Source: Tubiluchus corallicola
Lineage: Eukaryota > Animalia > Priapulida
Direction of reading: 5' to 3'
DNA: 64,000 bases
Assembly: GCA_030141605.1 (NCBI GenBank)
Contig: JAQGDQ010000252.1
Coordinates: 186,001 to 250,000, forward strand
Shown: positions 13,401-25,400 of the stretch, one piece after another
Layout: each line of letters opens with the position of its first letter
Numbering within the stretch: position 1 is the first letter of the stretch
Notes under the pieces: model-generated
The model's database searches: none
The model's input: the letters and a program-made list of their open reading frames with translations, nothing else
What the model was told of the DNA's origin: nothing
Program-made: the position numbers and the translations under genes

Positions 13401-16400
13401 TATAGCCCACATCATCGTGTAGCCCTGTTCCTGCTCTTTCTAAAGAGCCATATATCTTCTTCCGAGAGTCACACCAGGCGCCGCTAGAACATTTTTTCTG
13501 CAATCCATAGCCAGCACCACCCATGGCCCGTTCCCGTTTCCGTTCTCCAGAGGTCAGCGGTATAAGTTTTGCAAAAAACGGCTGAAAAATGGCCATTTTT
13601 GGAGGTTTTTCACCCTCCCCCGTTCCTCCCGGTGGACCCGATTCGAAAAATAAACCCCCAATGGGACGACACTAGATCGAGACCTTTCGTTTGATATATA
13701 GATCGCCGCAAATGGTGCCGTTGTCGGAGCTGTAGCCTTGAATCTTATATATATATATATAACATACCAGTAGAATTAAAAAATACGACTAGCAAAGGCC
13801 CCGCAAAAAAATTTGCTTATAAATACACTCATAATCAACAATGTGCGCACATCCTACGCAGTCCTCATTTATAACGCAAAGCCAATAGCTTTTACTGCAT
13901 TAAAGTTATAAGGTTATAGTTATAAAGTTATATATAACCTATATAAAGTTATATAGGCAGAATATAATGGATGATGTCAGAACAATGGCTTTGCGTCAGC
14001 AGTTTTCCAAGCGAAAATTGCCAAAAATAGAACATCTAATTAACTCGTTGGCACTCCTCTTGGTGGATGTGTAATAAAATATAGCCCACGTCATCGTGTA
14101 GCCCTGTTCATCGTCTTTCTAAAGAGCTATATATCTTTTTTCGAGAGTCCCACTAGAACGTTTTTTCTGCAGTCTGTTTGGTCAAAATTTCGAAAAAATC
14201 GCGCGTTGGGTCCGGGAAAACGTCCGTTACGGGACGCCGTGGCCCTCTCGTGAATTCTAAATATGCCTACTTCACCCAGCACTGAACGGGCTATCTATCC
14301 ATAGCCAGCACCGCCCCCTGGCCTGTTCCCGTTCCCATTCTCCAGAAGTCAGCGGTATAAGTTTTGCAAAAAACGGCCGAAAAATGGCCATTTTTGGAGG
14401 TTTTTCACCCCCCGTTCCTCCCGATGGCACGACACTAGATCGAGACCTTTCGTTTGGTATATAGATCGCCACAAATGGTGCCGTCGTCGAAGCTGTAGGA
14501 TGGAGGACTATATAGGATGTTCGCGTATTTTTGATTATACGTGTATTTATACGCAAAATTTTTTGCGGGGCCTTTGCTAGTAATTATATTAATTTTTTAA
14601 AATAAACTTGAGCATTGGCACACCAATTTGGCAAAATATATTCAAAATTCATTTGTCTTTGAAAAGATATGTGATTGATTCTATAGAGAGCTTTTATCTT
14701 TATTAAGTTTTAGCGTTTCTGTATTATTTACAATCCATTTTGGTTTGTCTACTTTTTATATTAATACCGAACAACTTCGTTAATTCAACGTAAAATCATT
14801 TAATCAGATATCAGACACGTTTAGCGCAGATGACTCTGGACACGATGTTAGACATATTGCCTAAAGACAGCAGTGGTATTGAAGGCGAAACAAGAGAGAC
14901 TGTGGTTTACAGGATGGCAAGTGATATGCTACAGAGGTTACCTGCTGACTATGTCCCGTACGAGGTTTGTAAAATTCTAGTGCAGTGTATAATCAGCGCT
15001 TATAGATATTTTAAAAATTGTAAAAGGTAAAAATGGCAGGGCTGTAAGTAGGCAATAAAAACCTTTAAATTCACTGTTCACAGCACAAGTTGTTACAAAG
15101 GTTTTTCCAGCTGACAGTGTTATTGCATAAAAGTAATTAAACTAATTAATAAGTAAACTAATTAAATCTACAATTATGTAATGGAGACATTGATATCTGT
15201 GACATTGCCCTTCTGTAACAGCGTTTGTAATAGCCAGAGACTGCCATAAAGAAATTTTGGCATTGTTTGTCACAGATATTTAGAAATAATAAAAATGTAT
15301 TTGCTTTTGTTTGTTTAAATGAACTCAAAGACTCAAAATGTTTTTAGGTGAAATCAGCGCTTCAGAAACTGGGTGCCTTGTTACCGTTGAATATTTTCTT
15401 ACGGCAAGAAATAGACCGAATGCAGAGGGTGATCACTTTAGTACGAACGTCACTGAGTGAGCTCAAATTAGCTATTGATGGTACAATAGTAATGAGTGAT
15501 GTTACAGCTGATGTATTCAATTGTATGTATGATGCCAGAGTGTCTGCCAAATGGGCGAAGGCGAGTATTTGACGCTATTGTCATCTGTGTTAAATTTAAA
15601 TGTACATAACTGATTCTTCAAATAAGTGTCACTTTAATTAAAAAAGGATCAAAATTCAGATTTACTGAATTTTTTTAAAACAACTGCAATGTAGTTGAGA
15701 GATCAAGAAATGCCAATCAATAAGTGGTGGTCAACCTTGCAATGGCCAATCAAATGCTATTTTTAAACTGTCAGCTGATGAGCTGACAAAGCTAGTCCCA
15801 AACGTACCTGGAGAATGTTTTGAAGTATACTGAGAGTTAAAGCCAAGTGTGCATTATTAGCATTATTTTTTATTTTTTACAAGATTTCTGCAACTAAAAT
15901 TTGTTTAGCAGAAAAGATTTAGATTTCTATTGGAAAAAAGTTTGCAGGACTGTTATTGCAACAAAAAACTGTCAGAAATCACAATGTTTCAAAATTATGA
16001 TACGTTGCCTTGAGCATCTTGAATTCCACATACTTACATAAATGCTTAGGAAGTTTATGACAGCATTGTTAGAATTAAAGAAGGGATTTGCTGAAGTGTT
16101 TGTTGACCTTTTTCTTTTGGTGTTATCCAGCATTCATCGATATGACCTGCTTAGTGGTTGTGGTGGGATCATACATAGCTCATTTTCCCAAATAAAATTC
16201 TGAATTGAGACATTGAACTGACAGAGTCGGTTTTCCACATTTGCATATGCAGCTTTTCTCACTAAAAGAAATGGCAGACGAACTATCCAGAAACACTTTT
16301 ACCAGTCAATGATCTATTTACTAAAGCGGCCTGGTGCTGTTTAACTTTGCAACCAAGCACACATCCAGCTGTTTGCTTGTAATAAAGGAGAAACATTTTA

Positions 16401-18453
16401 CACAGGTGTCCTGGATGTCGAGTACCCTAGGTTTCTGGTTTAGCGATTTGCTTGAAAGAGATGCTCAGTACAGAAGCTGGTGTTTTGGAGGGAAGCCAAG
16501 CTCATTCTGGTTGAGCGGCTTTTTCAACTGCCAAGGTTTCCTGACCGCAATGAGACAAGTAAGTTTTTGTAGATATCAAGCATGTTATAATTATTTGACC
16601 AAAACACTTCCTTGATCATAGACTGATTTAGGTGAGTGAGTGTAGATGAAACACAAATGTATTGCCAGGTGATGTATATTGATTGAACAATGTGACTCAC
16701 TCACAGGTATGTAGTAGCATTTCATAGTGTCTGATAACGCTGCTTTTTCACATTGTAACTGTATTGTTTTGTGTGAAAATAGTTATAGGCCGAGGTCATA
16801 AATGAAATATGTCCTACTAAAATTATGACAAACATCTCTTTTTTAAAGTTGCTTTTCTTTCAACAGACAGCCTAAATTCTCTAAACCATTGCCTCACTTA
16901 AACATGTAACTGTGTACCTGAAAGCATTAGTACTTTTTGTTTATCTCAAGCATTCCATTCTAGAAGCAGGGACACAGCATGCAACACAGATGATCCGACT
17001 GTGGAACTGAATCTGCGGTCTTATTCTGTTCATACTTAACTAGACACGTGTGCCCAGTTTCAATAATAACGATCAGTTGTGTGCTCGGTTACTATTTTGT
17101 AGAGCCGTAAGACATCATATAGCATCCATCTTCCATTCACAATTCAAGTTTAGGCCAGTTATACTTAAACCACTTGGAGTAGCCTAGAGATTTTTGGTAC
17201 GGGGTAATTTTGTGGCAAGGTGACAGACACAGTCAATATCAAAGGTCATCCACAGTGCATTTTCAGACCAGGGCAAAGCAGATAGTAATGTTAATTGTTG
17301 CACAGCAATGCTAGGCATTGTAGGATTCAAGTCAAGCATTAGAGTGACCTATTGCCTAGTGACAAACCTACATTCACAAAAATATTTTACTTCCTTCCCA
17401 TTGGAGGAGGCAGGATAGATCTAGAATTTGAAGAATTGCAGCTATAGTATTATAAAGGCATGTTTTTCTCACAAAATGTGAGACTTAAAGTACTGGGTGA
17501 CAACTTTTGGGTGATGGCTTGCAGTGACCGAGGGGTGAGGAAAGTGACCTTTTTTCCGAGGGGTGAGGAAGGATCCAGTATGATGGATACCGTGGGACAA
17601 CCTGGGTCAGGTCAGTGCAAAGAATTGGTGACAATTGAGAATCCAACATTGACAAAAACATTTTGCCAGTCCAGGATTTGAAAAATTGCAATCAAAATGC
17701 CATAGAAGCAGGCCCTGTCTCACAAAATATAGGTGCAGATGCTTGGTGATGATAAGAACTTTTGGGTGATGGCTTGCAGTGACACTGGGGTCAAAAGTTA
17801 AATGTGAGAATCCCAGAAATTGTCAAATGTGGCTAGACATTTCACCATTTGCTGATCAAATTTGGACCAGAAAATGTTGAACCATGTTTGACCAGAAGTC
17901 ACTTTGGGAAATGAGAATTTTAGAACAAAATTTGTCCAAAAAATGATCTTGTTTCAAATGCTAAGATACTCAAGGTGCCAAACGTGAAAGTCAAGGATCC
18001 TACAGCATCATCGACACTCTGGTTTGTTATTTTGGTGATAACTTTGCTGTTTTACTTTTCATTTAGGAGATAACAAGGTCACACAAAGGCTGGTCATTAG
18101 ACACCGTCCTTCTCCAGAACGATGTCACCAAGCTTTTTAAGGATGACATAATGGCTTCACCACCAGAAGGCGTTTATGTTCATGGGTTGTTCCTGGAAGG
18201 TGCAGGATGGGATCGCCGTGGAAATAAGCTCACTGAATCAAAATCCAAAGTACTTTATGAACCACTGCCTGTCATTCACTTGTATGCTGTAAATGAAATC
18301 ATAACTAAAGGAGGGAAGAACTACTTGTGTCCTTTATATAAAAAGCTTGTCAGAACTGACAGAACGTATGTAACTTCTGTACAGTTAAAAACAAATCAAC
18401 CTCCTGAACATTGGATTATGAAAGGTGTTGCATTACTGTGTGATGTCAAGTGA
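4346..18453 (+). CDS. DNAH5: Axonemal outer-arm dynein heavy chain (DNAH5/DNAH8-like), last 11 exons, about 705 aa; 5' part lies upstream of the window
   Basis: Exons 4346-4467, 4945-5113, 5856-6008, 8345-8571, 9472-9538, 10404-10609, 11786-12048, 14808-14964, 15348-15560, 16406-16558, 18067-18453, all phase-compatible. Motifs [66 protein letters not shown] and the C-terminus GVALLCDVK*. Confidence 0.95.
4945..5113 (+). CDS. DNAH5: Dynein HC exon ([29 protein letters not shown])
   Basis: ttAG| ... G|gtaac. Confidence 0.92.
5213..5776. mobile_element. hAT-type MITE, family A copy 1
   Basis: TIR cagtggcggctcgtg / cacgagtcgtcactg; 8-bp TSD cttgccac/attgccac; homologous to 43864-44257. Confidence 0.85.
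5856..6008 (+). CDS. DNAH5: Dynein HC exon ([23 protein letters not shown])
   Basis: tttAG| ... G|gtaag. Confidence 0.9.
6440..7280. mobile_element. pogo/Tigger-like non-autonomous element
   Basis: TA|cagtaaactctgca ... tgcagagtttactg|TA: perfect 14-bp TIR with TA TSD. Confidence 0.85.
8345..8571 (+). CDS. DNAH5: Dynein HC exon, AAA6 region ([24 protein letters not shown])
   Basis: ttgcAG| ... CAG|gtatc. Confidence 0.93.
9472..9538 (+). CDS. DNAH5: Dynein HC exon ([22 protein letters not shown])
   Basis: ctttAG| ... G|gtt; not in the ORF track. Confidence 0.92.
10404..10609 (+). CDS. DNAH5: Dynein HC exon ([18 protein letters not shown])
   Basis: ttccAG| ... AAG|gttag. Confidence 0.95.
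11120..11510. mobile_element. pogo/Tigger-like MITE
   Basis: TA|cagtaagtcct ... aggacttactg|TA. Confidence 0.8.
11786..12048 (+). CDS. DNAH5: Dynein HC exon ([27 protein letters not shown])
   Basis: aacAG| ... AC|gtaag. Confidence 0.95.
12363..12761. mobile_element. hAT-type MITE with TTCGA-rich subtermini
   Basis: TIR tagggatgagc / gttcaccccta; perfect 8-bp TSD gtgataag on both sides. Confidence 0.85.
13155..14580. mobile_element. Two tandem copies of a Helitron-like non-autonomous element (13155 to about 13760; 13789-14580); the second has about 70-bp inverted ends
   Basis: Both copies begin ctagcaaaggccccgcaaaaaa and share about 500 bp. The reverse complement of this end (hairpin followed by CTAG) recurs at 14510-14580. 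Confidence 0.7.
14808..14964 (+). CDS. DNAH5: Dynein HC exon ([17 protein letters not shown])
   Basis: aatcAG| ... GAG|gtttg. Confidence 0.92.
15348..15560 (+). CDS. DNAH5: Dynein HC exon ([26 protein letters not shown]), followed by a GC donor
   Basis: ttttAG| ... AAG|gcgagt. Confidence 0.9.
16406..16558 (+). CDS. DNAH5: Dynein HC exon ([26 protein letters not shown])
   Basis: cacAG| ... CAA|gtaag. Confidence 0.93.
17095..18030 (+). mobile_element. Helentron/DINE-1-like (HINE) dispersed repeat with internal subrepeats; related copies at about 31590-32640 and 39430-39690
   Basis: Shared head ..tccacaattt/cgagtttaggccagtt.. and a repeated ggtgacaacttt(t)gggtgatggcttgcagtgac module; the 39430 copy starts ttttaaggtcccccgac..ggggatgc. 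Confidence 0.5.
18067..18453 (+). CDS. DNAH5: Dynein HC terminal exon ([21 protein letters not shown])
   Basis: tttAG|; stop TGA 18451-18453. Confidence 0.95.
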   Translation, partial: EITRSHKGWSLDTVLLQNDVTKLFKDDIMASPPEGVYVHGLFLEGAGWDRRGNKLTESKSKVLYEPLPVIHLYAVNEIITKGGKNYLCPLYKKLVRTDRTYVTSVQLKTNQPPEHWIMKGVALLCDVK

Positions 18454-18675
18454 TTTGATAAATTGAATGTATACATTCTCTTCATACTCCAACCAATGTT
18501 GGCTATATAACCATTTGTTATTTCGTATTTTAATTTCTTACTGATAGTTGTAAAATTACAGTTTCACTTATTTCTTACTAATAGCTGTAAAATTACAGTT
18601 TCATGTGCAACTCCAAAATTGCCTATATACAGTATTACAAAAGTCGTATTGTTTTATATCAATTTATATGTACTA

Positions 18676-19389
18676 TCAGGTGGCACAAAAAATGTGCCAA
18701 AGTTTTGAGAAGAAAATAATGAATCGCATGAAAATTACTAGATTAAACACCAAAAATTTTATGTCATTCCTTAGATCTTTTTTCGAACATATGGAAGTTT
18801 TAAAACAAATCAAAAAATAAATTGCGGAAAAAAACAATTATAAAGTGCTCAATGTGCCTCATTTTCATGCACGTAAACGAAGGCATTTCTTCCCACAGCT
18901 GATACAGTTTCTCGCTTCTTTAGGGGGTATTTGGTTTTACACTCAACAATTTTTGAGTTTACTTCCTCGGTCTGCATCAAACGGCTCTGTGAAGCTTTCT
19001 TCATACACTTTCTCTTTAAGGGAATTCCACACATCATGATCTAGAGAATTGAGTCCTATTTTGTTCTTGACAACAAATCTTAATCAGTGCTTTATTTTCT
19101 GTGGCAAGTACCAAGATATAAACTGGCTGATTTCTTTTTTGTTTTATATGCCAACGTGACTGCTTTTCATTTGATGACTTAGCTGATATTGTTTCAACAT
19201 TTAAATTCTTAAAATGAAAAAGTTTTTCGGCCATAACATAAAAACTGCCTAAACTATAAACTTATAACATTCACAGGCAAAGGTTAATGTATACTAACAT
19301 CGTACCGTGAAATTTCAGATTGTATAGAGTAGTTGTTTCTAGCATTATTATAATCTAAACTTTGACACATTTTTTTCTGCAATACCTGA
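18676..19389. mobile_element. Tc1/mariner-type MITE, family B copy 1
   Basis: TA|tcaggtggcacaaaaaatgtgccaaagttt ... aaactttgacacatttttttctgcaatacctga|TA; homologous, in reverse orientation, to 40942-41590 and 52515-53252. Confidence 0.75.
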
Positions 19390-20212
19390 TATATATATAT
19401 ATTGTGCTTTTCATATGCTACTCATTTACTTTTTAATAGCTATTATAAGTTAAGCTGTACATTACATTTTTGACATACAATGTTATTTTTACATTAAAGT
19501 AAATTTTTATAACTTACACATATTTTATGTATTTCACTATTGTCTTGTGTGTTTAGGTACAGAACACTGTGAATATATATTCAGTATTTTACTGTTATAG
19601 TTTGACACATTGTTACATACTTTAAATTTCTACATAATTATACAAATATCATGCATAATGTATATTGTATTCATAATAGTTTTATTTTGGCTGTGATCAT
19701 TAACATCCTTTACAAGTAAAGATGTCATACATATTGCTTATAGCATATTCACTTGTTTTGGCATATTGGTAATTATTAAATTTCTAATGATAGCCTTTAC
19801 TCGTCCTATGTTTCTGTGTTTAAAGTATTTTATAAAACTGAAGCTTATTATAATGACATTATTATGTTATGATAATTACAATAACGTGCGAAATGTAAGT
19901 ACGCAAAAAAGCAGACTGATATAAAGTTCTTAACTTTGTACGTTTCCACATTAAATTAAACTATTTGGTTGACATTTCATTTGAGCGATTTTTTTAAATA
20001 TTTTTATACAGCATTGAAACAATTGACTTTCGTTCTATGTTTTGCACATTGTTTCACCCAACAAGCTAATAATTATTTGTCCCAAGCCTTATGAAGCAAG
20101 TTTCTGCTAATAAATTGTTAACATGCATATTTCGTTTCTTTAATTCGTCACCGGTGGTTCTCATGTAATCCCAGCGAAAAATAATAATTAATAATTTTTT
20201 AAACAATGACGT

Positions 20213-20561
20213 TGTTGCGTTTTGTTTCTCTCGGAAAGCTCGTAGAGAAAACCAGAAAACACGTCATCAAATTAAACTAGTTTATTAAGCGAGAATTCTA
20301 CAACACAAAAGTATGAAGGAACGCGAAATGTTTACACTAAACATGAAAATCTGGAAAACGTTGGAGTGTATCTGAAAATATACATGAGAATGTGTAAGTG
20401 GCGTCCGTGTGAATCTGCGTGCCCTCGTCTCAGTGGCCTGCTTCTATAGCGTGCCCGAGAAGTTCCTTTCCAGAACATTCTACAAGGTAAGACGATTATT
20501 CTAACGGAACATTCTACAATGTTCTACTTAATTCTAATAGATGCCAGCGATCTCCATAACA
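20213..20561 (-). repeat. 3' LTR (about 349 bp, TG...CA)
   Basis: Starts TGTTATGGAG right after the PPT, contains AATAAA and ends aaaacgcaaCA; its 3' half matches 26536-26686. Confidence 0.8.
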
Positions 20562-21921
20562 CCTCCCCACCGAAATTGATGCTGTCTCCAAAACATCAGC
20601 AACAAAGTCTCTCTCTCTTTCGGCTTGGGTGTCCTCTTGGATCGTTTTGGGTGGAGCTCGGACATGGACCGAGGTGCTCCGGTCTGCTTCAGGGTTTCGG
20701 GCAGTTCTTCCAAGATCTCCATTGGATGATCAGGTGGAAGTTCAGAAGTAATGTCCGTCTCATCACCAGGTTCGTAGTCCTCTACAGAAGTGTAGCGTAG
20801 ACGTAGCTGTTCCCAGTGTTGTCTCCACGCTGGACCGCGCTTAATGTTGAAGCAGCGAGTACCAAAGCATTTTTGATGACTGCTGGTACCCATCCGGGAT
20901 GTCCGTCTCGTCGAGGTCCATAGTACAGAGCACAGACAGGCTCTCCAGCCTTGTACTGCTTGACGGTGACCTTGGCGACATCTCCCGAGTCTGGAGTCGA
21001 GAAAGATGACTCCTTGGATTGCTTGCCCTGAGCAGTGTGTGCTGGCAAGGGTAGCAAGGAGTCGATCGTTGTCCATATCAGCCGAGACATCAAGAGTTCA
21101 CTCGGAGAGAATCCACAGGATGTCGGTGTTGTCCGATACTGCATCAGAAGCTCTTGAAGAGCTCGCTTCAGGGGCAGAAAAGACTTTGAGTGCTTGCTTA
21201 AATGTCTGCACCAATCGTTCTGCTGCTCTGTTGGTAGCTGGATGGTATGGTGCTCCTGTGAGATGTGTGACCCACGTTCTCTGCACCAGCTCTGGAACTC
21301 ATCAGACATGAAGGTTGATGCATTGTCTGTGACCAGCGTGTGAGGTAATCCGAAGTGAGCAAAGTCCTCTTCCGGTAAAATCTAGAGTGGCTCTAGTGGA
21401 TGTGGAAGATGTAGGGTGAATGCATGGATACTTAGAGTAAGCATCCGTGATCACCAACCAGTTCGTACCCATGAAGTTTATGGCGTGATCCAGGTGTAAG
21501 TGGTTCCATGGCTTCTCTGGTAGCATCCGTGGGTGAACTGCAGGCTTGGATGGCTTGTTCTGATGTTCTCCGCATGAGTCACATCGTCGGCTAGCCATCT
21601 CGATACCGGGCCAGTAGACAGCAGTTCTTGCCAACTGTTTCATGCGTTCCATGCCGAAGTGCCCGATATGCAGTAGATCCAGGATCTTGGACTGCAGGCT
21701 TTGTGGAATCACAACTCTTGATCCATGGATGAGGCATCCGTGGCAGATACTGAGTGAATCCGACAACTTCCGGAACTTTTCGACTTTTCACCGCTGATCT
21801 CAGCGTGCTTGGGCGGCCATCCTCCTCGAACGTAGCGCATGACCGTAGCTAGCACTGGATCTTTCCTTGACTCTTGTCAGAGGATGTTGGCATCTGCAGG
21901 CTTGACTTGAAGACTGAGAAC
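20213..21921 (-). mobile_element. 5'-truncated, frameshifted Ty3/Gypsy LTR retrotransposon (integrase region, PPT and 3' LTR)
   Basis: Integrase Zn-finger LHIGHFGMERMKQLARTAVYWPGI..CDSC; core PWNHLHLDHA..LVITDAYSKYP, FMSDEFQSWC, APYHPATNRAAERLVQTFKQAL, spread over several frames. PPT ggtggggagg ends at 20562 and is followed directly by TG. Confidence 0.92.
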
Positions 21922-22149
21922 TTGCCAAAATAATTACAAAACTAGCTGTACCAAGGATTTTAATTTCTGCATGTAAGTTGCCTTAGAGCAAGGGCTTAAT
22001 GACAACCAAAAAAACGTTGAGCAACCAGCAAAGGGGGCACAGAATTTCGGCTAGTCGGACTATAAGTCGACGACTATAATTGAAACAAGCCTTTGAAACC
22101 TGCCACCATCTGACAAGAACTTACTACAATAGACAGTTGTTCCCATTTA

Positions 22150-22400
22150 TTTTTGTACTGTGCACTTTTAAATGTAGTAGATTAAAAGTAACATAATTAT
22201 ATCTCCTTTTCTTGGTGAAGTTAATTGCTAATTTGTTCAGTTTCATTGAGTTATCAGTGTTTGTTAGTAGTTTGCCTTTAGTACGATGCTGTAAAGTCAA
22301 TAAATTAATGGACATAATGCGAAGTTTTTTGTACTGAAATCAGTAGTAAGAGGCAGGTCATTGATGTAGATAAGAAAAAGTGATTCTAGGTTGAATCATT
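22150..22400 (-). mobile_element. LINE (CR1/L2 group) reverse transcriptase fragment
   Basis: LFLIYINDLPLTTDFSTKNFA followed by MKLNKLAINFTK. Confidence 0.7.
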
Positions 22401-25400
22401 GAGGTTAGTTTAGGCATTTTTTCAAGTTGTTTTTGTGACGTGTTCTTATATGGTTTATATTTTAATGTTTGTGCTCACTAAGGTTTCCCCTCACTGATTT
22501 TAGCGGGCAAGCCACGAGGCGTTACATCCTCTAGTCTAGACTTATCATGGCAGCAGTCTTTGTGAATAAACAGATTAGGGTAATAAGCAAGAAAGATTTA
22601 CGTTAAATGTTCTATAAAGTTTCTAACAATGTTACAAATGTTGCCAAGACGTTACAGACTGTTATTAACATTTTATTAATAGAAATCATGACAAAAATGC
22701 AGAATCTATTACAAAGATTTATTCGAACGAATAATCGTTAGAAGGTGGCTCCCAGTTTAATCTCTCATTCTATTCTATTCTAGGAAACCCTTGTAGTCAG
22801 AACGTTTCAGAATTCAAGTACCGGTTGAGGGACGAATTTTTTACTAGTTTTTTTCGTGTCCAGCTTGTTCAAAATGAAAAAACCGTTAATGATATTCAAA
22901 ATCATAGTTTAATGACAGTGATAAAAGCTATACCGGTTATAAACATTTTACAAATAAAAGACATAATAAACTATCTAGTGCTAATTTATTATTACAATCA
23001 TTCCTCACTTGTCGTAAGTAAATAAGGCGTTGTATATATGCACAAATGATCTTTCAGTTAAAAATTCCAAAAGTCTAATTGCGTAATTTTGATTATAATG
23101 CTAGAACAAGAAATTGATAGTGGCTAGCACGCGTTACTTTATGATTTAATTAAAGAATTATAATTTTTTGTAATTAATTTATTGTACGGCATTTAAAAAA
23201 CTCAACTATATTTACTGTAACAACAGTCATATTCTAAATTTAAAAAAATCCTCTGTTCATCCTCTGTTCATGTCTGGCTGGTGATCATGCCTAGACTACT
23301 TTTCCCATTTGTTCGCGATACGATTTCTTGGGTTGCCTTTAAACCCAGCACGAAGACCACCTGACAGTCCATTAGGTGGCTGACATAAGGTCGCGCCGAA
23401 GAGCTGTTAAAACACAAAATTTAATGAGAAGTACCATAATTATAATCATAAATGGCATATAGTTCTAACAAATGAATTTCAATTTCTGCAAATCTCAAGA
23501 TTTCTAAATGATAAAGCATAACGGCATTTACTACAAAAGCTACCATAGCGAAGAGAAATGCACGTAAAAACTTCATGTTCTTTTTGATATCTGTAAGAAA
23601 CAATACGATCCTATTTATCAACTCCTGATAAATGCAAAAGATGGTATCATTAATAAACTGAAATTCAGCGTAACTAATGAAGCATCTAAGCAAAGATCTC
23701 AACAGTATTTAAGATCTTCATTTATTTTCGAATCGTCTTCAGGCGAAGACTGAAGAGTGGAATCTTAAGCAATGCTTGTCATTCTTCGCCTGATAACAGT
23801 TATTTGAATATATGCTAATTTCAGTTTATTGATGAATTATAAATTTACTCAGAATTGTTTTTATATTCTATTAGTTGAAGCTTTTGGGTGGTAGAAGCTT
23901 TATTTGAAATGCAAAATTCACAGAAAATCAGGTGTAATAACAATTGCCTTTTAATTTTGTAATGTTTTGAGTAAATAAGGCATTATACATATGAATATAT
24001 ATATATCTGGTATAATTTTTCGGATAAAGTTGCGTATTTTGATTATAACAAATGCTAGAACAAAAAATTGTTGTGGCAAGTATGTGTAACTTTGCAGAAA
24101 CTATAATTTGTTATAATAAATTTATTGAAATTCCTTCAACGATGGTGACGATAGTGATGGTGATGATGATAGTGACGACAACACTGACAGTAATAATAAT
24201 AATAATAAAAATAATAATAACAAATCAAAATGATTCTGCTGTGAAGTAGAACCTTAATTATTTTGTATATTAAAATTAATAATACTATGAAGCTTACCTT
24301 TCTAAAGATTGATAACCTTTCAACAGCTGTTACAGTGCGAACTGCCGCTTCTCCACCAATTACAATAATAAATATTCTATCTTAGCGAATTTTCGTTCAT
24401 GCGTCATATTACAAACAGCATTTTTATAACGTCAAGCGTTATTTACAAGAACTAACCGGTTCAAATTCTTTATTTGTTCGTGTTATAAAACGTTCAATAA
24501 AACTCAGTGTTTTCCTTTATAGCCATCTTTTCCTGTATATTTAATTTTGACCGGTGAAATGTCTGATGATAAAGAAAAGAAAGATAAAACCAACATTTTT
24601 ATTGTATTATTTTATACAAAAGATTAATATAAAAAACGGAAATGTTTTTTCTATTTTTGTTATTACCGCTCGACTGAAGCGCTAAAACGCCTGTTGCCTC
24701 TACTTCCTCGCATTCTTTCACTTTACTAAAGAGGGTATTTTGCTAAGGTAGAATAACGTACCTTAAAAATTTCTTAGATTTGCGAGAATTCCCACACTTC
24801 GCCTGATTGCGCACTTCAGAAACACAAGAACCGAAAATAGATGGTTCTTGTTCCTCGCCCGCTGGTAACTCAATATAGCACAACAGAGAGTCTTTCTACA
24901 TATGTCTAAAATAAAAAAATGATGGGCGGGGACTCACCACTGCACTGACTAGAAGCCGTAGCTGTTCACCAGATGTATCAGCCTCGGAGATTTACTACGA
25001 TACACAAGCAGGCTCATTTGACTGGATGAAGTTCTTTTGCTTATAAGCTCCACACGCTGATACCAATCTTATTTCCTTACAAAACTTATCTAAACTTCCG
25101 TTAACATGAGAGTCAGACCAACTGTTCATAGAGTTAAACGGTGCTCAAAGTTTAATTTTAATTTTGTGCATGTACGCTTAAAATCGTTATTGAAATGACA
25201 AATGAGCTAGCTAAGGTAAAGCAGGGCCGGATTTAGATCAACAGAAACCTTAGGTTATTTCACTCGTGAAGCGTGGTCCCACTCCTTCACCCTCCCTAGT
25301 ACAGAAAGAGAAGAGTGTTTTAATAACTTTTAAACAAAATTAAACTCTAAAAATTAAGCTAGTCAAGAACAATGGGAAGGCAGGGAGGATGGGATGATAA

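Noticed and set aside
13357-14556. Two similar minus-strand ORFs ([17 protein letters not shown])
   Set aside because: They are similar only because they lie in the duplicated non-autonomous element; no coding signature.
20519-21311. Plus-strand ORFs 20519-20800 and 21006-21311
   Set aside because: Antisense shadows of the Gypsy integrase.
23715-23745. Minus-strand CTGAAGA..GAAA hammerhead-like core
   Set aside because: No stem III or NUH cleavage site could be formed.
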